Below, one piece after another: positions 32,741 through 44,968 of a stretch of 64,000 bases of DNA (positions are counted from its first letter, which is position 1; every line of letters begins with the position of its first letter). The stretch is from Escherichia coli. GTDB taxonomy: Bacteria > Pseudomonadota > Gammaproteobacteria > Enterobacterales > Enterobacteriaceae. Below the pieces are notes generated by a model. It worked only from the letters and a program-made list of their open reading frames with translations. It was not told the DNA's origin and did not search any database. A program made the translations under genes and the position numbers. The stretch is from assembly GCF_044324875.1 (NCBI RefSeq), contig NZ_CP172185.1. One strand, 5' to 3'.

Positions 32741-33798
32741 GTACTGGCAAAGGATTGTTGCTCGTCATCTGTCTGGTATTTCTGCCATTGAAGTCTGCGC
32801 TAGCGCTGAACTGCTATTTTGGTACTTCCGGCGGAACGGTAGAAAAATCGGAAGCAATTCAACCCTTTGCTGTGCCAGGTAATGCCAAACCCGGCGATAA
32901 GATCTGGGAATCTGACGATATTAAAATTCCCGTCTATTGTGACAACAATACCAACGGCAACTTTGAAAGCGAACATGTCTACGCATGGGTAAACCCCTAC
33001 CCGGGGGTACAGGATCGTTATTATCAACTCGGCGTGACATACAATGGTGTCGATTACGATGCCAGTCTGGGGAAAAGCCGCATCGACACCAACCAGTGTA
33101 TCGACAGTAAGAACATTAACATTTATACCCCTGAGCAGATTATCGCGATGGGCTGGCAGAACAAAATATGCTCGGGTGACCCCGCTAATATTCACATGTC
33201 GCGAACCTTTCTCGCTCGTATGCGGTTATACGTTAAGATTCGCAAAATGCCGCCGCATGATTATCAAAGTACGCTTAGCGACTATATCGTCGTGCAATTT
33301 GACGGTGCCGGTAGCGTTAACGAAGACCCTACCGCCCAAAACCTGAAATATCATATTACTGGTCTGGAAAACATTCGCGTGCTGGATTGCAGCGTCAATT
33401 TTTCCATTTCACCGGAAACACAGGTGATTGATTTTGGTAAATTTAATTTGCTGGATATTCGTCGCCACACAATGTCGAAAACATTCAGTATTAAGACGAC
33501 AAAATCACAAAATGACCAATGCACCGACGGATTTAAAGTCAGTTCCTCCTTTTATACCGAAGAAACGTTGGTTGAAGAAGATAAAGCACTGCTGATTGGT
33601 AATGGTCTGAAGCTACGTTTGCTGGATGAAAACGCCTCGCCTTATACCTTCAATAAATATGCTGAATACGCCGATTTCACCAGCGATATGCTGATCTACG
33701 AAAAAACCTATACGGCTGAACTTTCGTCCATTCCAGGTACCCCCATCGAGGCTGGCCCCTTCGATACAGTGGTGCTTTTTAAGATTAACTATAACTGA
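32737..33798 (+). CDS. ybgO: fimbrial adhesin-like tip protein
   Basis: 353 aa with signal peptide ([23 protein letters not shown]); start overlaps the ybgP stop. Confidence 0.8.
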   Translation: MSTGKGLLLVICLVFLPLKSALALNCYFGTSGGTVEKSEAIQPFAVPGNAKPGDKIWESDDIKIPVYCDNNTNGNFESEHVYAWVNPYPGVQDRYYQLGVTYNGVDYDASLGKSRIDTNQCIDSKNINIYTPEQIIAMGWQNKICSGDPANIHMSRTFLARMRLYVKIRKMPPHDYQSTLSDYIVVQFDGAGSVNEDPTAQNLKYHITGLENIRVLDCSVNFSISPETQVIDFGKFNLLDIRRHTMSKTFSIKTTKSQNDQCTDGFKVSSSFYTEETLVEEDKALLIGNGLKLRLLDENASPYTFNKYAEYADFTSDMLIYEKTYTAELSSIPGTPIEAGPFDTVVLFKINYN

Positions 33799-33949
33799 TT
33801 TGCCATGATGCCCTTTGCAGCCGGAAAGGGCATCTCTTTCAGAAAATTGCTGATTTTCCCCTTTTCCTTGATTGCTGTTATTTTTTCCTGGCCCGGCTTT
33901 CTTTATGCTGTATCGATACACCAAAGAAAAAATAATGAGGGAACGAAGG

Positions 33950-34996
33950 ATGCCAGTTTTGCAGTGGGGAATGTTATGTGTGCTCTCACTTCTCCTTTCT
34001 ATTGGTTTCCTCGCGGTTCATCTCCCGGCGGCGCTATTACTTGGGCCGATGATCGCCGGGATCATCTTTAGTATGCGCGGAATTACTCTGCAACTTCCCC
34101 GCTCTGCTTTTCTCGCCGCCCAGGCCATTCTTGGCTGCATGATTGCGCAAAACCTCACTGGTTCGATTCTCACCACGCTGGCCGTCAACTGGCCGATCGT
34201 GCTTACAATTTTACTGGTGACGCTGCTTTCCAGCGCCATTGTTGGGTGGCTACTGGTGCGCTATAGCTCATTACCTGGAAATACCGGTGCCTGGGGTTCT
34301 TCTCCTGGCGGCGCGGCGGCAATGGTCGCTATGGCGCAAGATTACGGCGCAGATATTCGCCTGGTGGCGTTTATGCAATATCTGCGAGTGCTGTTCGTCG
34401 CGGGGGCCGCTGTTCTGGTCACCCGCATGATGCTGGGTGATAACGCTGAAGCGGTTAACCAGCAAATCGTCTGGTTCCCTTCAGTGAGCATTAATCTCCT
34501 GCTTACGATTTTGCTCGCAGTCGTTGCCGGTACAGTGGGATGCTTGCTACGTCTTCCTTCCGGCACGATGCTCATCCCGATGCTGGCGGGCGCAGTGCTC
34601 CAGTCTGGTCAGCTCATCACCATCGAACTACCGGAATGGCTGCTTGCGATGGCGTATATGGCAATTGGTTGGCGGATTGGTCTTGGTTTCGATAAACAAA
34701 TATTACTGCGGGCATTGCGCCCGCTGCCACAAATCCTGCTGTCGATTTTTGCTCTGCTGGCTATTTGTGCGGGTATGGCGTGGGGACTGACCCGATTTAT
34801 GCACATTGATTTTATGACTGCCTACCTCGCCACCAGCCCCGGCGGGCTTGATACCGTGGCGGTCATCGCCGCAGGGAGCAATGCCGATATGGCGCTTATT
34901 ATGGCGATGCAAACCCTGCGCCTGTTCAGTATTTTGCTGACGGGGCCAGCCATTGCGCGGTTTATTTCAACCTATGCGCCGAAACGGTCGGCCTAG
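33950..34996 (+). CDS. abrB: AbrB-family membrane protein (putative regulator of aidB expression / transporter-like)
   Basis: [38 protein letters not shown]...; multi-pass hydrophobic; 348 aa when started at MPVLQWG. Confidence 0.85.
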   Translation: MPVLQWGMLCVLSLLLSIGFLAVHLPAALLLGPMIAGIIFSMRGITLQLPRSAFLAAQAILGCMIAQNLTGSILTTLAVNWPIVLTILLVTLLSSAIVGWLLVRYSSLPGNTGAWGSSPGGAAAMVAMAQDYGADIRLVAFMQYLRVLFVAGAAVLVTRMMLGDNAEAVNQQIVWFPSVSINLLLTILLAVVAGTVGCLLRLPSGTMLIPMLAGAVLQSGQLITIELPEWLLAMAYMAIGWRIGLGFDKQILLRALRPLPQILLSIFALLAICAGMAWGLTRFMHIDFMTAYLATSPGGLDTVAVIAAGSNADMALIMAMQTLRLFSILLTGPAIARFISTYAPKRSA

Positions 34997-35784
34997 TGCT
35001 GGCAGCCCGGACACCAGTAAAACGGGCGCGAGGACAGCGTGGTTTTCTCAATGATGCTGCCACAGCGTTCACACGGTTCGCCATCACGATGAAAAACCTT
35101 AAAGCGAAACAACGCCCCATGATGTTTATTCTCATCCACCTGCCCCCGCGTAGCGTAAGAAAGTCGAGGAATATCCAGTAACGCGTCTGCGAGTGCATCC
35201 AGTTGCGCCGCACTGAGATCTTTCGCTTTATGATTGCCGGTTAACCCCACCTGCCAGAGGATCTCCACCCGCAAATAATTACCAAGTCCTGCCAGAAACG
35301 CCTGATCGAGCAGTAATCCAGCAAACTGACGGTTACGAAAGCGCGGCGACAATAATCGTTCCTTTACCACCTCTGGCGTCAGATTCGGATCCAGCACATC
35401 TGGACCAACGCGTTGTAAAAACGGATGCGTGGTCAGTTGTTCCGGGGTCAACATCTCAATATCCGAGGCGCTATAAAGCAGAATGGTTTTGTCAGCCGTT
35501 TGCAGTTTTACCCGCAATACTCGCGTGGTCTGCGGCTCTTCGCCGGTTTCAACCACGCGCCAGACGCCGTAAAGCTGATTATGGCTGTAGAGCGTTAAGT
35601 CGTTGGAAAAATGAGTTAACAACGCCTTACCACGCGTTTCCACATGGGTAACGTGTTGACCGATAAGTCGTGATTGATAAGATTTTAACTGCGGGAAGGC
35701 AAACCAGACATCAGTTAGTGGTTTGCCTTTGATCGCCGCCTCCAGGTTATCCGCTGCACGGCGGATCTCCGGGCCTTCAGGCAT
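34993..35784 (-). CDS. nei: endonuclease VIII (DNA glycosylase/AP lyase)
   Basis: [33 protein letters not shown]... with catalytic Pro2/Glu3 and C-terminal zinc finger (CERCGS...CPGCQ). Confidence 0.95.
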   Translation of the reverse strand: MPEGPEIRRAADNLEAAIKGKPLTDVWFAFPQLKSYQSRLIGQHVTHVETRGKALLTHFSNDLTLYSHNQLYGVWRVVETGEEPQTTRVLRVKLQTADKTILLYSASDIEMLTPEQLTTHPFLQRVGPDVLDPNLTPEVVKERLLSPRFRNRQFAGLLLDQAFLAGLGNYLRVEILWQVGLTGNHKAKDLSAAQLDALADALLDIPRLSYATRGQVDENKHHGALFRFKVFHRDGEPCERCGSIIEKTTLSSRPFYWCPGCQH

Positions 35785-35819
35785 GGTGATATCCTTTTTT
35801 CATTCTTTATTAAGCGGGG

Positions 35820-36554
35820 TTATGCTGCGACAACAATCCCCTTTTCGGCAAATGTAGAGCGTAGTCGGCGGGCGAACGCCAGTGCGTGCTCGCCATCGCC
35901 ATGCAGGCAGACCGTTTGCGCCGTGACCGTTGCCCATTCGCCGGTGATGCTTTTGACTCTGCCGTGTTGCACCATCTCCAACGTTTGCGCCAGCGCCTGT
36001 TCTTCGTTTTCAATCAACGCGCCTGGCTGGCTTCGCGGCACCAGCGAACCGTCTGCCTGATAACCGCGATCGGCAAACACTTCCTCGCGCGTTGTCAGGC
36101 CATATTGCTTGCCTGCACGAATCAGCTCGCTTCCTGCCAGCCCGACGAGAATCAATACCGGATCGCAAGCGTATACCGCTCTGGCGATGGCGTCTGCCAG
36201 TTGTGCCTCTTTCGCCGCCTGGTTGTATAACATGCCGTGCGGTTTGACATGACACATTACGCCGCCTTGCGCACGGGTAATCGCTGCCAGCGCGCCAATT
36301 TGATACAGCGTCTGGGCGTAAACGGTTTCTGGCGGCAGCTGCATGGCGCTGCGACCAAAATTTTCCCTGTCGGGAAAACTCGGGTGAGCGCCAATCGCGA
36401 CACCATTTTTTATTGCTTCACGCACGCAAGCCTGCATGGTTTGCGCATTGCCTGCATGAAATCCACAGGCAATATTGGCAGAGGAAACCAGCGTTAATAG
36501 CTCTGCGTCGCTGGCGCAGCCTTCGCCCAGATCGGCGTTCAGATCAATTTTCAT
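35820..36554 (-). CDS. pxpA: 5-oxoprolinase subunit A (LamB/YcsF family)
   Basis: [36 protein letters not shown]...; 244 aa. Confidence 0.9.
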   Translation of the reverse strand: MKIDLNADLGEGCASDAELLTLVSSANIACGFHAGNAQTMQACVREAIKNGVAIGAHPSFPDRENFGRSAMQLPPETVYAQTLYQIGALAAITRAQGGVMCHVKPHGMLYNQAAKEAQLADAIARAVYACDPVLILVGLAGSELIRAGKQYGLTTREEVFADRGYQADGSLVPRSQPGALIENEEQALAQTLEMVQHGRVKSITGEWATVTAQTVCLHGDGEHALAFARRLRSTFAEKGIVVAA

Positions 36555-37476
36555 TGTGCAGCCGCCACGCTAATTGTTCGAAATAACGTTGCTGATCTTG
36601 CCGTGCTTTCAGTGCCTCTTCCAGTGAACACTGGACAAAATGAATCGGCTGACCGAGCGGAATTTGCGCCAGATGGTACATATCAGCCTCAATGATACAG
36701 GCAATACGCGGATAACCACCCGTGGTCTGTGCGTCGTTCATTAACACAATGGGCTGCCCGTTATGCGGCACCTGCACCACACCCGGTAACAAACCGTGAG
36801 ATAACAGTTCGCGATCGGTGGTGCGTTTTAAAATTTGCCCCTGTAAGCGATAGCCCATTCGGTTACTTTGCGAGCTAAGCTGCCAGGGCGAACGCCAGAA
36901 TGCATCCTGCGAGGCGCGATCGAACTCATGATATTCCGGCCCCGGCAAGGCGCGAATGCGGTTGCCCCACAGCAACTGTTTAACGCCCTGCGCTTCCATA
37001 AAATCACGCTTCGATTTGCCCATCGGAAGTCGGTCACCATCCTTCAGTAAACGGCCTTCCAGCCCGCCAATCCCCACTTTGAGATCGGTGCTGCATGACC
37101 CCATTACCGGCGGAACATCAATACCACCCGCGACCGCCAGATAACTGCGCATCCCGTGCTGCGGGCGTTTAAGCGTTAAACGCTGGCCTGCTTTCATCGG
37201 CAATCGCCAGCCAGTCCAGACGGCATTATCATCCAGCCGCGCTTCGCAACCTGCCCCCGTCAGGGCAAACCACCCATCAGTTTCGAACTCTACCGTTAAC
37301 TGACCGAGCGTGATCTCCAGCGCGGGGGCATTGGCGTCATTACCCACCAGCAGGTTAGCAATGCGTAACGCAGGCATATCCAGTGCGCCGCAGTGGCTGA
37401 TACCCGACTGGCGAAAACCGTGACGACCGCCATCCTGCACAGTGGTATACATGCCCGCACGAATAATCTTCAGCAT
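36544..37476 (-). CDS. pxpC: 5-oxoprolinase subunit C (allophanate hydrolase subunit 2-like)
   Basis: 310-aa ORF between pxpB and pxpA with overlapping start/stop; K-12 ybgK position. Confidence 0.85.
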
Positions 37477-38126
37477 ACTCCCTCCTTCTGCGGTACAAAG
37501 CGCACGCTGTCTCCCGGACGTAATAAGATGGGTTCGTCACGCGCCGGATCAAACAGGCTGAGTGAGGTATGACCAATCAACTGCCAGCCCCCCGGCGTTG
37601 CCAGCGGATAAACACCAGTCTGCGGCCCGCCGATCCCGACAGAACCTGCCGGAACGAGCAAGCGCGGTTCAGCGCGACGTGGCGTGTGTAGTTGTTCCGG
37701 CAAACTCCCGAGATACGGGAAGCCCGGTTGAAAACCTAAAAACCAGACCACGTATTCCACGGAGGAGTGCAATTCAACAACCTGTTTTTCGCTCAACCCA
37801 CAATGCGCCGCGACCACCGCCAAATCCGGTCCGCCTGCGCCACCGTAAACCACCGGAATTTCAATAAAACGAGACTCCGGCTCCAGCGCCTCACTCTCCT
37901 CCCACCAGCGTTGCAAACGCTCTATGGCATCCAGTGCCAGCGACTCAGGATTACGTAAAATCACCGTGATATTGTTCATGCCGGGAATGGCTTCAACCAC
38001 ATTCGGCATATCCACCAGACGCTGCGCCAGTCGCCAGATCCGTTTCTGGCTAGCCAGCGTCACCGGCGGTTCCAGCTCCAGCACTACCGCCGTTTCACCT
38101 ATCAGATAACAACGCGCTCGTTGCAC
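37470..38126 (-). CDS. pxpB: 5-oxoprolinase subunit B (allophanate hydrolase subunit 1-like)
   Basis: 218-aa ORF; K-12 ybgJ position and length. Confidence 0.85.
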
Positions 38127-38148
38127 TTTCGATCCCTCTGATTATTCG

Positions 38149-38892
38149 TTATGCAGGATTAGGAATATCAATAAAGGTCACATCAAGATCGGTATTTTCA
38201 TTCAGCCACTCGCTCAATGCGCGAATACCACCGCGTTCAGTGGCATGGTGACCCGCAGCATAAAAATGCAATCCCTGCTCGCGGGCTGAATGAATGGTCT
38301 GTTCTGAAACTTCGCCAGTAATAAAAGCATCCACGCCAAAACGCGCGGCGCTATCGATAAAACTTTGCCCGCCGCCCGTGCACCAGGCAACGCGCTGGAC
38401 CACCTCAGGTCCGGTATCGCCACACCATAACGGCTTACGTCCCAGACGCGCTTCAATCCAGGAGGCTAGTTCCAGTCCCGGCACAGGCATGGTCAGTTCG
38501 CCCCACGGCACCAACGGCTCAATTTCGCCCATGACCGTGATCCCCAGTAACGCCGCCAGCTGTGCGTTATTGCCCAGCTCAGGATGTGCGTCAAGCGGCA
38601 AATGCCAGCCATACAGGTTGATATCATTTGCCAGCAACGTTTTTAAACGGTTACGCTTCATTCCGCGAATGACCGGAGATTCGCCTTTCCAGAAGTAGCC
38701 ATGATGCACAATGACCGCATCCGCGCCCAGACGCACTGCCTCATCGAGCAAAGCCTGGCTGGCAGTGACACCGGTAACAATTTTTTGCACCGTCTCTTTG
38801 CCTTCCACCTGCAAACCATTCGGCGCGTAATCACTAATCGCCGCGCTGTTCAGTTTTTCGTTAATCAGTTGTTCCAGTTCGGTGTTTTTCAT
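38149..38892 (-). CDS. ybgI: Nif3-family metal-binding protein (GTP cyclohydrolase 1 type 2 homolog)
   Basis: 247-aa ORF MKNTELEQLINEKLNSAAISDYAPNGLQVEGKETVQKIVTGVTAS... Confidence 0.9.
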   Translation of the reverse strand: MKNTELEQLINEKLNSAAISDYAPNGLQVEGKETVQKIVTGVTASQALLDEAVRLGADAVIVHHGYFWKGESPVIRGMKRNRLKTLLANDINLYGWHLPLDAHPELGNNAQLAALLGITVMGEIEPLVPWGELTMPVPGLELASWIEARLGRKPLWCGDTGPEVVQRVAWCTGGGQSFIDSAARFGVDAFITGEVSEQTIHSAREQGLHFYAAGHHATERGGIRALSEWLNENTDLDVTFIDIPNPA

Positions 38893-38979
38893 CTTCGCGC
38901 CTTCCGTATTCTGATAGCTACACCGTTAACATAGCGTTACCTCGCCTGTTCGTCGATAGCCAATCTTTTGACATATTAA

Positions 38980-40644
<1,665 letters not shown>

Positions 40645-40685
40645 CAGGCCAGCACCATGCCTGATAAAACGCTCGCTGCGTTTTA

Positions 40686-42104
40686 TCAGGCTCCTTTCCT
40701 CGCTTCTTCGTACGCTGCCAGCGTTCGCAGCCTTGCCTCTTTATGATCAACTATCGGTTGCGGATAATCCAGCGTCACACCTGATTTATCTGCCCACTTC
40801 CACGGCTCATGCACCACTTTCCCTGGCACATCGCGCAGTTCCGGTAGCCACTGGCGGATAAACTCGCCTTCGCGGTCAAATTTCTCGCCCTGGGTTGTCG
40901 GGTTAAAAATACGAAAATACGGCGCTGCATCGGTTCCGGTTGAAGCGGCCCACTGCCAGCCACCGTTATTAGCTGCCAAATCACCATCAATCAGCTGCGA
41001 CATGAAATATCGCTCGCCTTCGCGCCAGTCGATCAACAAATCTTTCACCAGAAAACTGGCTGTAATCATCCGTAGCCTGTTATGCATCCAGCCAGTGCTG
41101 TTAAGCTGACGCATGGCAGCATCGACAATCGGGTATCCCGTTTTGCCTTCCTGCCAGGCCTGTAAATGTGCGGGATTGCTCTGCCACTGCACACGATCCG
41201 TCCAGGCAATAAACGGACAATGTTTACACAACGAGGGGTAATACGTCATCAGATGACGGTAGAACTCGCGCCAGATCAGCTCACTAAGCCAGACACTACC
41301 GGCCCCACCGTCCAGCGCCTGCGGCTGTTCCGCCAACAAGCGATGCAAACACTGGCGAGGCGATAACCCGCCCGTTGCCAGGCTGGCGGACAAACGACTG
41401 GTGCCTTCCACTGCCGGAAAATCTCGTTGTTGCTCATATTCTCCGGCACCGTTCTGGCAAAACTGGCGTAATTGCGCAATCGCAGCTTTTTCTTCCACCG
41501 GGAAATGCGCAGTATCGAAAGGCTGACGAGGATAATTCAGCGTAATGGATGGCGCGGGAGCTATCGATCCGCTACTACGTACTTTTGGCGCAGCGACGCA
41601 CTCCGGCATCCCTTCTCGCAGCCGTTTCAGCCAGGCGTTTTTAAATGGCGTAAAAACTTTGTACATCTCATGATTGCCAGTCATCACCGCCCCCGGCGGC
41701 AGGATCACGCTGTCATCAAATCCTTCACACACCACGTTACGCAGCGTTCTCTCAACCTGCACATCCCGCGCCCGCTCATTCACCTCATACTGATAGTTAT
41801 AAAAAAGATGAGTAACGCGGTTTTCCGCGCACACCTGATTAACTGTTTCGACACTGGCGGCAAAGTCATCCACTTCACGGAACAATAAAGGAATACCTTT
41901 TTCTGCCAGTGCTGTTTGTAGCCCGTTCAGTTGCGCATTGATAAATTCAGCCTGACGCGGCGACATATTATGCGCTGCCCACTGGCGCGGTGTGGCTATA
42001 TACAGCGCCAGCACGCGTGCAGACGAATTGCGGCAGGCGGCAGCCAGTGCGAGATTATCGTGCAGACGTAAATCCTGGCGAAACCAGACCAGATGGGTAG
42101 TCAT
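40686..42104 (-). CDS. phr: deoxyribodipyrimidine photolyase
   Basis: MTTHLVWFRQDLRLHDNLALAAACRNSSARVLALYIATP...; start set at MTTHL, overlapping the ybgA stop (ATGA). Confidence 0.93.
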   Translation of the reverse strand: MTTHLVWFRQDLRLHDNLALAAACRNSSARVLALYIATPRQWAAHNMSPRQAEFINAQLNGLQTALAEKGIPLLFREVDDFAASVETVNQVCAENRVTHLFYNYQYEVNERARDVQVERTLRNVVCEGFDDSVILPPGAVMTGNHEMYKVFTPFKNAWLKRLREGMPECVAAPKVRSSGSIAPAPSITLNYPRQPFDTAHFPVEEKAAIAQLRQFCQNGAGEYEQQRDFPAVEGTSRLSASLATGGLSPRQCLHRLLAEQPQALDGGAGSVWLSELIWREFYRHLMTYYPSLCKHCPFIAWTDRVQWQSNPAHLQAWQEGKTGYPIVDAAMRQLNSTGWMHNRLRMITASFLVKDLLIDWREGERYFMSQLIDGDLAANNGGWQWAASTGTDAAPYFRIFNPTTQGEKFDREGEFIRQWLPELRDVPGKVVHEPWKWADKSGVTLDYPQPIVDHKEARLRTLAAYEEARKGA

Positions 42105-42610
42105 AAAACTCCTGCATGGCGCAAGTGAATAATACGCGGCCAAAGTTCGAAATAACGCTGCCCTGAAAGCCAGGCGTCAGGATAAAGCGCCATATAGTGT
42201 TTGATACGCATCAGCGGCGCAAGAAGCGGTTGCTCGCCACGGCGATAACTGTCGATAAGCGCCGCCAGCTGCTGGCGTTCTGTGGAATCAATATGTGGGC
42301 GAAAATATCCCTGAACGTGCATCAAAACGTTAGTATGATCACGCCGGTTGGCAGGGTGAGAAAGCAAAACAATTACGCGTTGGCGGTACTGGTTGTAATA
42401 GTCATCCAGATTTTGCCACCGGTGAATATCTGCCACGAACGGGCCAAGTTTGCGGTACTCGGGCTGGGAATGGGCCAGAAAGACGAGTTTATAGCGGCTG
42501 TGATAATCGTTGAGTGCCCCGCGCGTTAAGCCATGTTCTTTCAGTCGATGTAACTCGTGGAGAGCGAAGATACGGATTAGGGTGCTTTCATCAAATCGTT
42601 GCTGATTCAT
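42101..42610 (-). CDS. ybgA: DUF1722-family protein, cotranscribed with phr
   Basis: 169-aa ORF directly upstream of and overlapping phr, as in K-12. Confidence 0.85.
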   Translation of the reverse strand: MNQQRFDESTLIRIFALHELHRLKEHGLTRGALNDYHSRYKLVFLAHSQPEYRKLGPFVADIHRWQNLDDYYNQYRQRVIVLLSHPANRRDHTNVLMHVQGYFRPHIDSTERQQLAALIDSYRRGEQPLLAPLMRIKHYMALYPDAWLSGQRYFELWPRIIHLRHAGVL

Positions 42611-42694
42611 TACTGCTCCTGAACGGTTTACAGGAGTAAGTGTAGACGGCAGTATTGAAAAAACGAAACGAATAAATGAGATCGGTAAAGAAAT

Positions 42695-43102
42695 TCAATA
42701 ACTCATAATAAATTTCATGGTGGCGATAAATAGTTTCTTTTCTTCATCACTCATGGTAGAAGCGTTTAACATGTTGCCATAAAATTTACTGATGATATTT
42801 TTTAATTGCAGCAAATGCAAAGGAGAAAAATAGTCACTCCCGATGAGATTACTCAATACCAGCAATAATTCTCCATTATATAAATAACCTACCATAAGAT
42901 TAATCTCTATCATCTCAATTGCTTTTTGTACAGCAAGCGCTGGTAAGATATTCTGACGAAGCATTTTGGCAATATCATTTTCATCCAGTTCATCCGGTGT
43001 TTTATCCAATAAAGAGTTATACCAGTTTATTAAACCACTTTTGAAAGCGAATGAATCATATTGCAGGTGATAAATCTGTTTTAGGGTTTCTTTATTTTTC
43101 AT
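42695..43102 (-). CDS. hypothetical small protein, 135 aa, low-GC
   Basis: ORF in an AT-rich block; 12-bp gap from the upstream 94-aa ORF; no recognisable family. Confidence 0.45.
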   Translation of the reverse strand: MKNKETLKQIYHLQYDSFAFKSGLINWYNSLLDKTPDELDENDIAKMLRQNILPALAVQKAIEMIEINLMVGYLYNGELLLVLSNLIGSDYFSPLHLLQLKNIISKFYGNMLNASTMSDEEKKLFIATMKFIMSY

Positions 43103-43114
43103 TTTATAATGTCT

Positions 43115-43399
43115 TTATTTGCTATGATTTTTCTGATTTAATTCTATATCATTTAAAGCATTTTCAAGCCAATCATCCATGTTCTTAATTTTAGCCCGCT
43201 CATACAAATCATGCACAACATCTTCATAACGCCGTCCATCATTGACCATACAATTAGCTGTATGAGGCAGAACATGTATAAAATCAGACAATATAAAACA
43301 AGCCTTTGCATTTCCAGAGTTAGCTGCAGTTCTGATATCAATCAAGCCTCTGGCAATTAATTTAAGAATAACACTAACATCTTGCATTTTAATTTCCAT
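43115..43399 (-). CDS. hypothetical small protein, 94 aa, low-GC
   Basis: ORF in an AT-rich block, tandem with its neighbours. Confidence 0.4.
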   Translation of the reverse strand: MEIKMQDVSVILKLIARGLIDIRTAANSGNAKACFILSDFIHVLPHTANCMVNDGRRYEDVVHDLYERAKIKNMDDWLENALNDIELNQKNHSK

Positions 43400-43481
43400 A
43401 TCATCCAGTTAAATTTTAGTCGTAAATCGTCTATCTAAAAAAGATGAAATTAACATTTATAAATTTATTACAATATAAAAA

Positions 43482-43835
43482 TCAAAAATATACATCATCA
43501 GCTTCTACTGAAAACTCCATGGCTCCTAAGGCACCTAAATCAATACTAAATATGGTATCACTTTCCTTAGCACTCCCAACATAGATAAAATAGCCTAAAT
43601 CCCCATCCTGACCTATCAAAAAATAGTCAGGCTCCACTCGTTGAATATCATATGTTTCATTTCTTTCAATAAGATCAGAATAGTTATACAGATATAATAT
43701 TTCATGCTTCTTATTAGTTATTTCATAGGCCTCACTATCTTTAATTTCTTCTATTAAGAAACGTTTATACACTGGAGGAAATTTGATTGACATGTCAAAT
43801 TCAATTTTATTTATATATTCTATGATTTTATTCAT
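43482..43835 (-). CDS. hypothetical small protein, 117 aa; possible SUKH/Smi1-Knr4-like immunity protein
   Basis: FPPVYKRFLIEEI... near the N-terminus and ...FLIGQDGDLGYFIYVG... later resemble SUKH-family motifs by eye; low-GC. Needs a profile search. Confidence 0.4.
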   Translation of the reverse strand: MNKIIEYINKIEFDMSIKFPPVYKRFLIEEIKDSEAYEITNKKHEILYLYNYSDLIERNETYDIQRVEPDYFLIGQDGDLGYFIYVGSAKESDTIFSIDLGALGAMEFSVEADDVYF

Positions 43836-44074
43836 GTTAAGAATACCTGAGCGGTTAATTATCGGTTATTGTGATGAATATATATTCGCTTTTAATTTTC
43901 AATAACTCATCACGGAAATACATATTGCTTTGTAGGCAAGCGCTAATAATACTTTATGAACCTGACTTCCGCCAGATATTCAACCTAAATATTCATGACG
44001 CAGTAATGTTTTAGAAAGCCACTAACTGCCCAGATAGTGCATCATCTACTACATTGGCGATTATACTCTAAATA

Positions 44075-44272
44075 ATTCAAGTTGCAGGAAGGCGACAAGC
44101 GAGTGACAAATTCGTCAGGAACGAATTTGCCCAGTCGCAGGCTGACCTTCGGTGAGAGACATGGATGTCTCTCATTAATCCCCAGGAGCTTACATAAGTA
44201 AGTGACTGGGGTGAACGAACGCAGTCGCAGCACATGCAACTTGAAGTATGACGAGTATATAAAAAACCCCTG
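44075..44272. repeat. ERIC (IRU) element, long form
   Basis: Contains ...aatccccaggagcttacataagtaagtgactggggtgaacg..., the central inverted repeat from which the standard ERIC1R/ERIC2 primers derive, flanked by further hairpins (gagagacatggatgtctctc, caaattcgtcaggaacgaatttg). Confidence 0.75.
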
Positions 44273-44302
44273 ATTCCAGTTCCTTGTGCTGCGATCCTAA
44301 CC

Positions 44303-44337
44303 AAAAAAAAACCGCCAGCGTTTCCGCTGGCGGTTTT
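44303..44337. terminator. bidirectional intrinsic terminator downstream of ybfA
   Basis: A9-ccgccagcg-tttc-cgctggcgg-TTTT: perfect 9-bp stem flanked by A-run and T-run. Confidence 0.7.
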
Positions 44338-44359
44338 CAATGTATTCAGAACTCAGCAA

Positions 44360-44566
44360 TCAGTAAAAATCACCGGTTGCCTTTTCGGCCTGATCCATCC
44401 AAACCGGTTTATCGCTGGTTTTCGACCAGACGCGATGCAGATAGCTGTAAAAGCGGGCGCGGTCTTTCCAGAAAAGCATGAAAGGCAGCGCCAGAACGCC
44501 CACTGCAACCGCATAAGTACGGCGTAAAAAGATAAGCCATGCAGGATATTCTCTGTAGAGTTCCAT
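44360..44566 (-). CDS. ybfA: DUF2517-family small protein
   Basis: 68-aa [71 protein letters not shown]; K-12 position next to kdpF. Confidence 0.85.
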   Translation of the reverse strand: MELYREYPAWLIFLRRTYAVAVGVLALPFMLFWKDRARFYSYLHRVWSKTSDKPVWMDQAEKATGDFY

Positions 44567-44775
44567 ACTTTTCTCCCCCTTTTGTATCTACCCGGTGAAT
44601 GGCACCGGAAAAATGAATTCGTTTATCTGATGAAAATAGTACCGCCTTTTGTGTAATTTTACTACTCATCCGACCACTTATTTTTGCTTATTGATGGTTT
44701 ATTTACATTCACCGTGTAATTAAGTTACACAAAGGTTAAATTAATACTAAACATTAGTTAAATCATGGCTTTTGC

Positions 44776-44800
44776 CATTTTTATACTTTTTTTACACCCC
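44776..44800 (+). promoter_or_regulatory. KdpE response-regulator binding site of the kdpFABC promoter
   Basis: catttttatactttttttacaccccgcc about 80-100 bp upstream of the kdpF start matches the remembered KdpE box. Confidence 0.6.
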
Positions 44801-44878
44801 GCCCGCAGATTTTTGCGAAATCTTTGCAGCCAGAATTCTACCCTTCCGGTATCACTTTTAGGCCACTGGAGGTGCACT

Positions 44879-44968
44879 GTGAGTGCAGGCGTGATAGCCG
44901 GCGTGTTGCTGGTGTTTTTATTACTGGGTTATCTGGTTTATGCCCTGATCAATGCGGAGGCGTTCTGA
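44879..44968 (+). CDS. kdpF: K+-transporting ATPase small subunit F
   Basis: Translates (V/M)[28 protein letters not shown]; GGAGG 6 nt upstream; apparent GTG start; stop overlaps the kdpA ATG. Confidence 0.8.
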   Translation: MSAGVIAGVLLVFLLLGYLVYALINAEAF

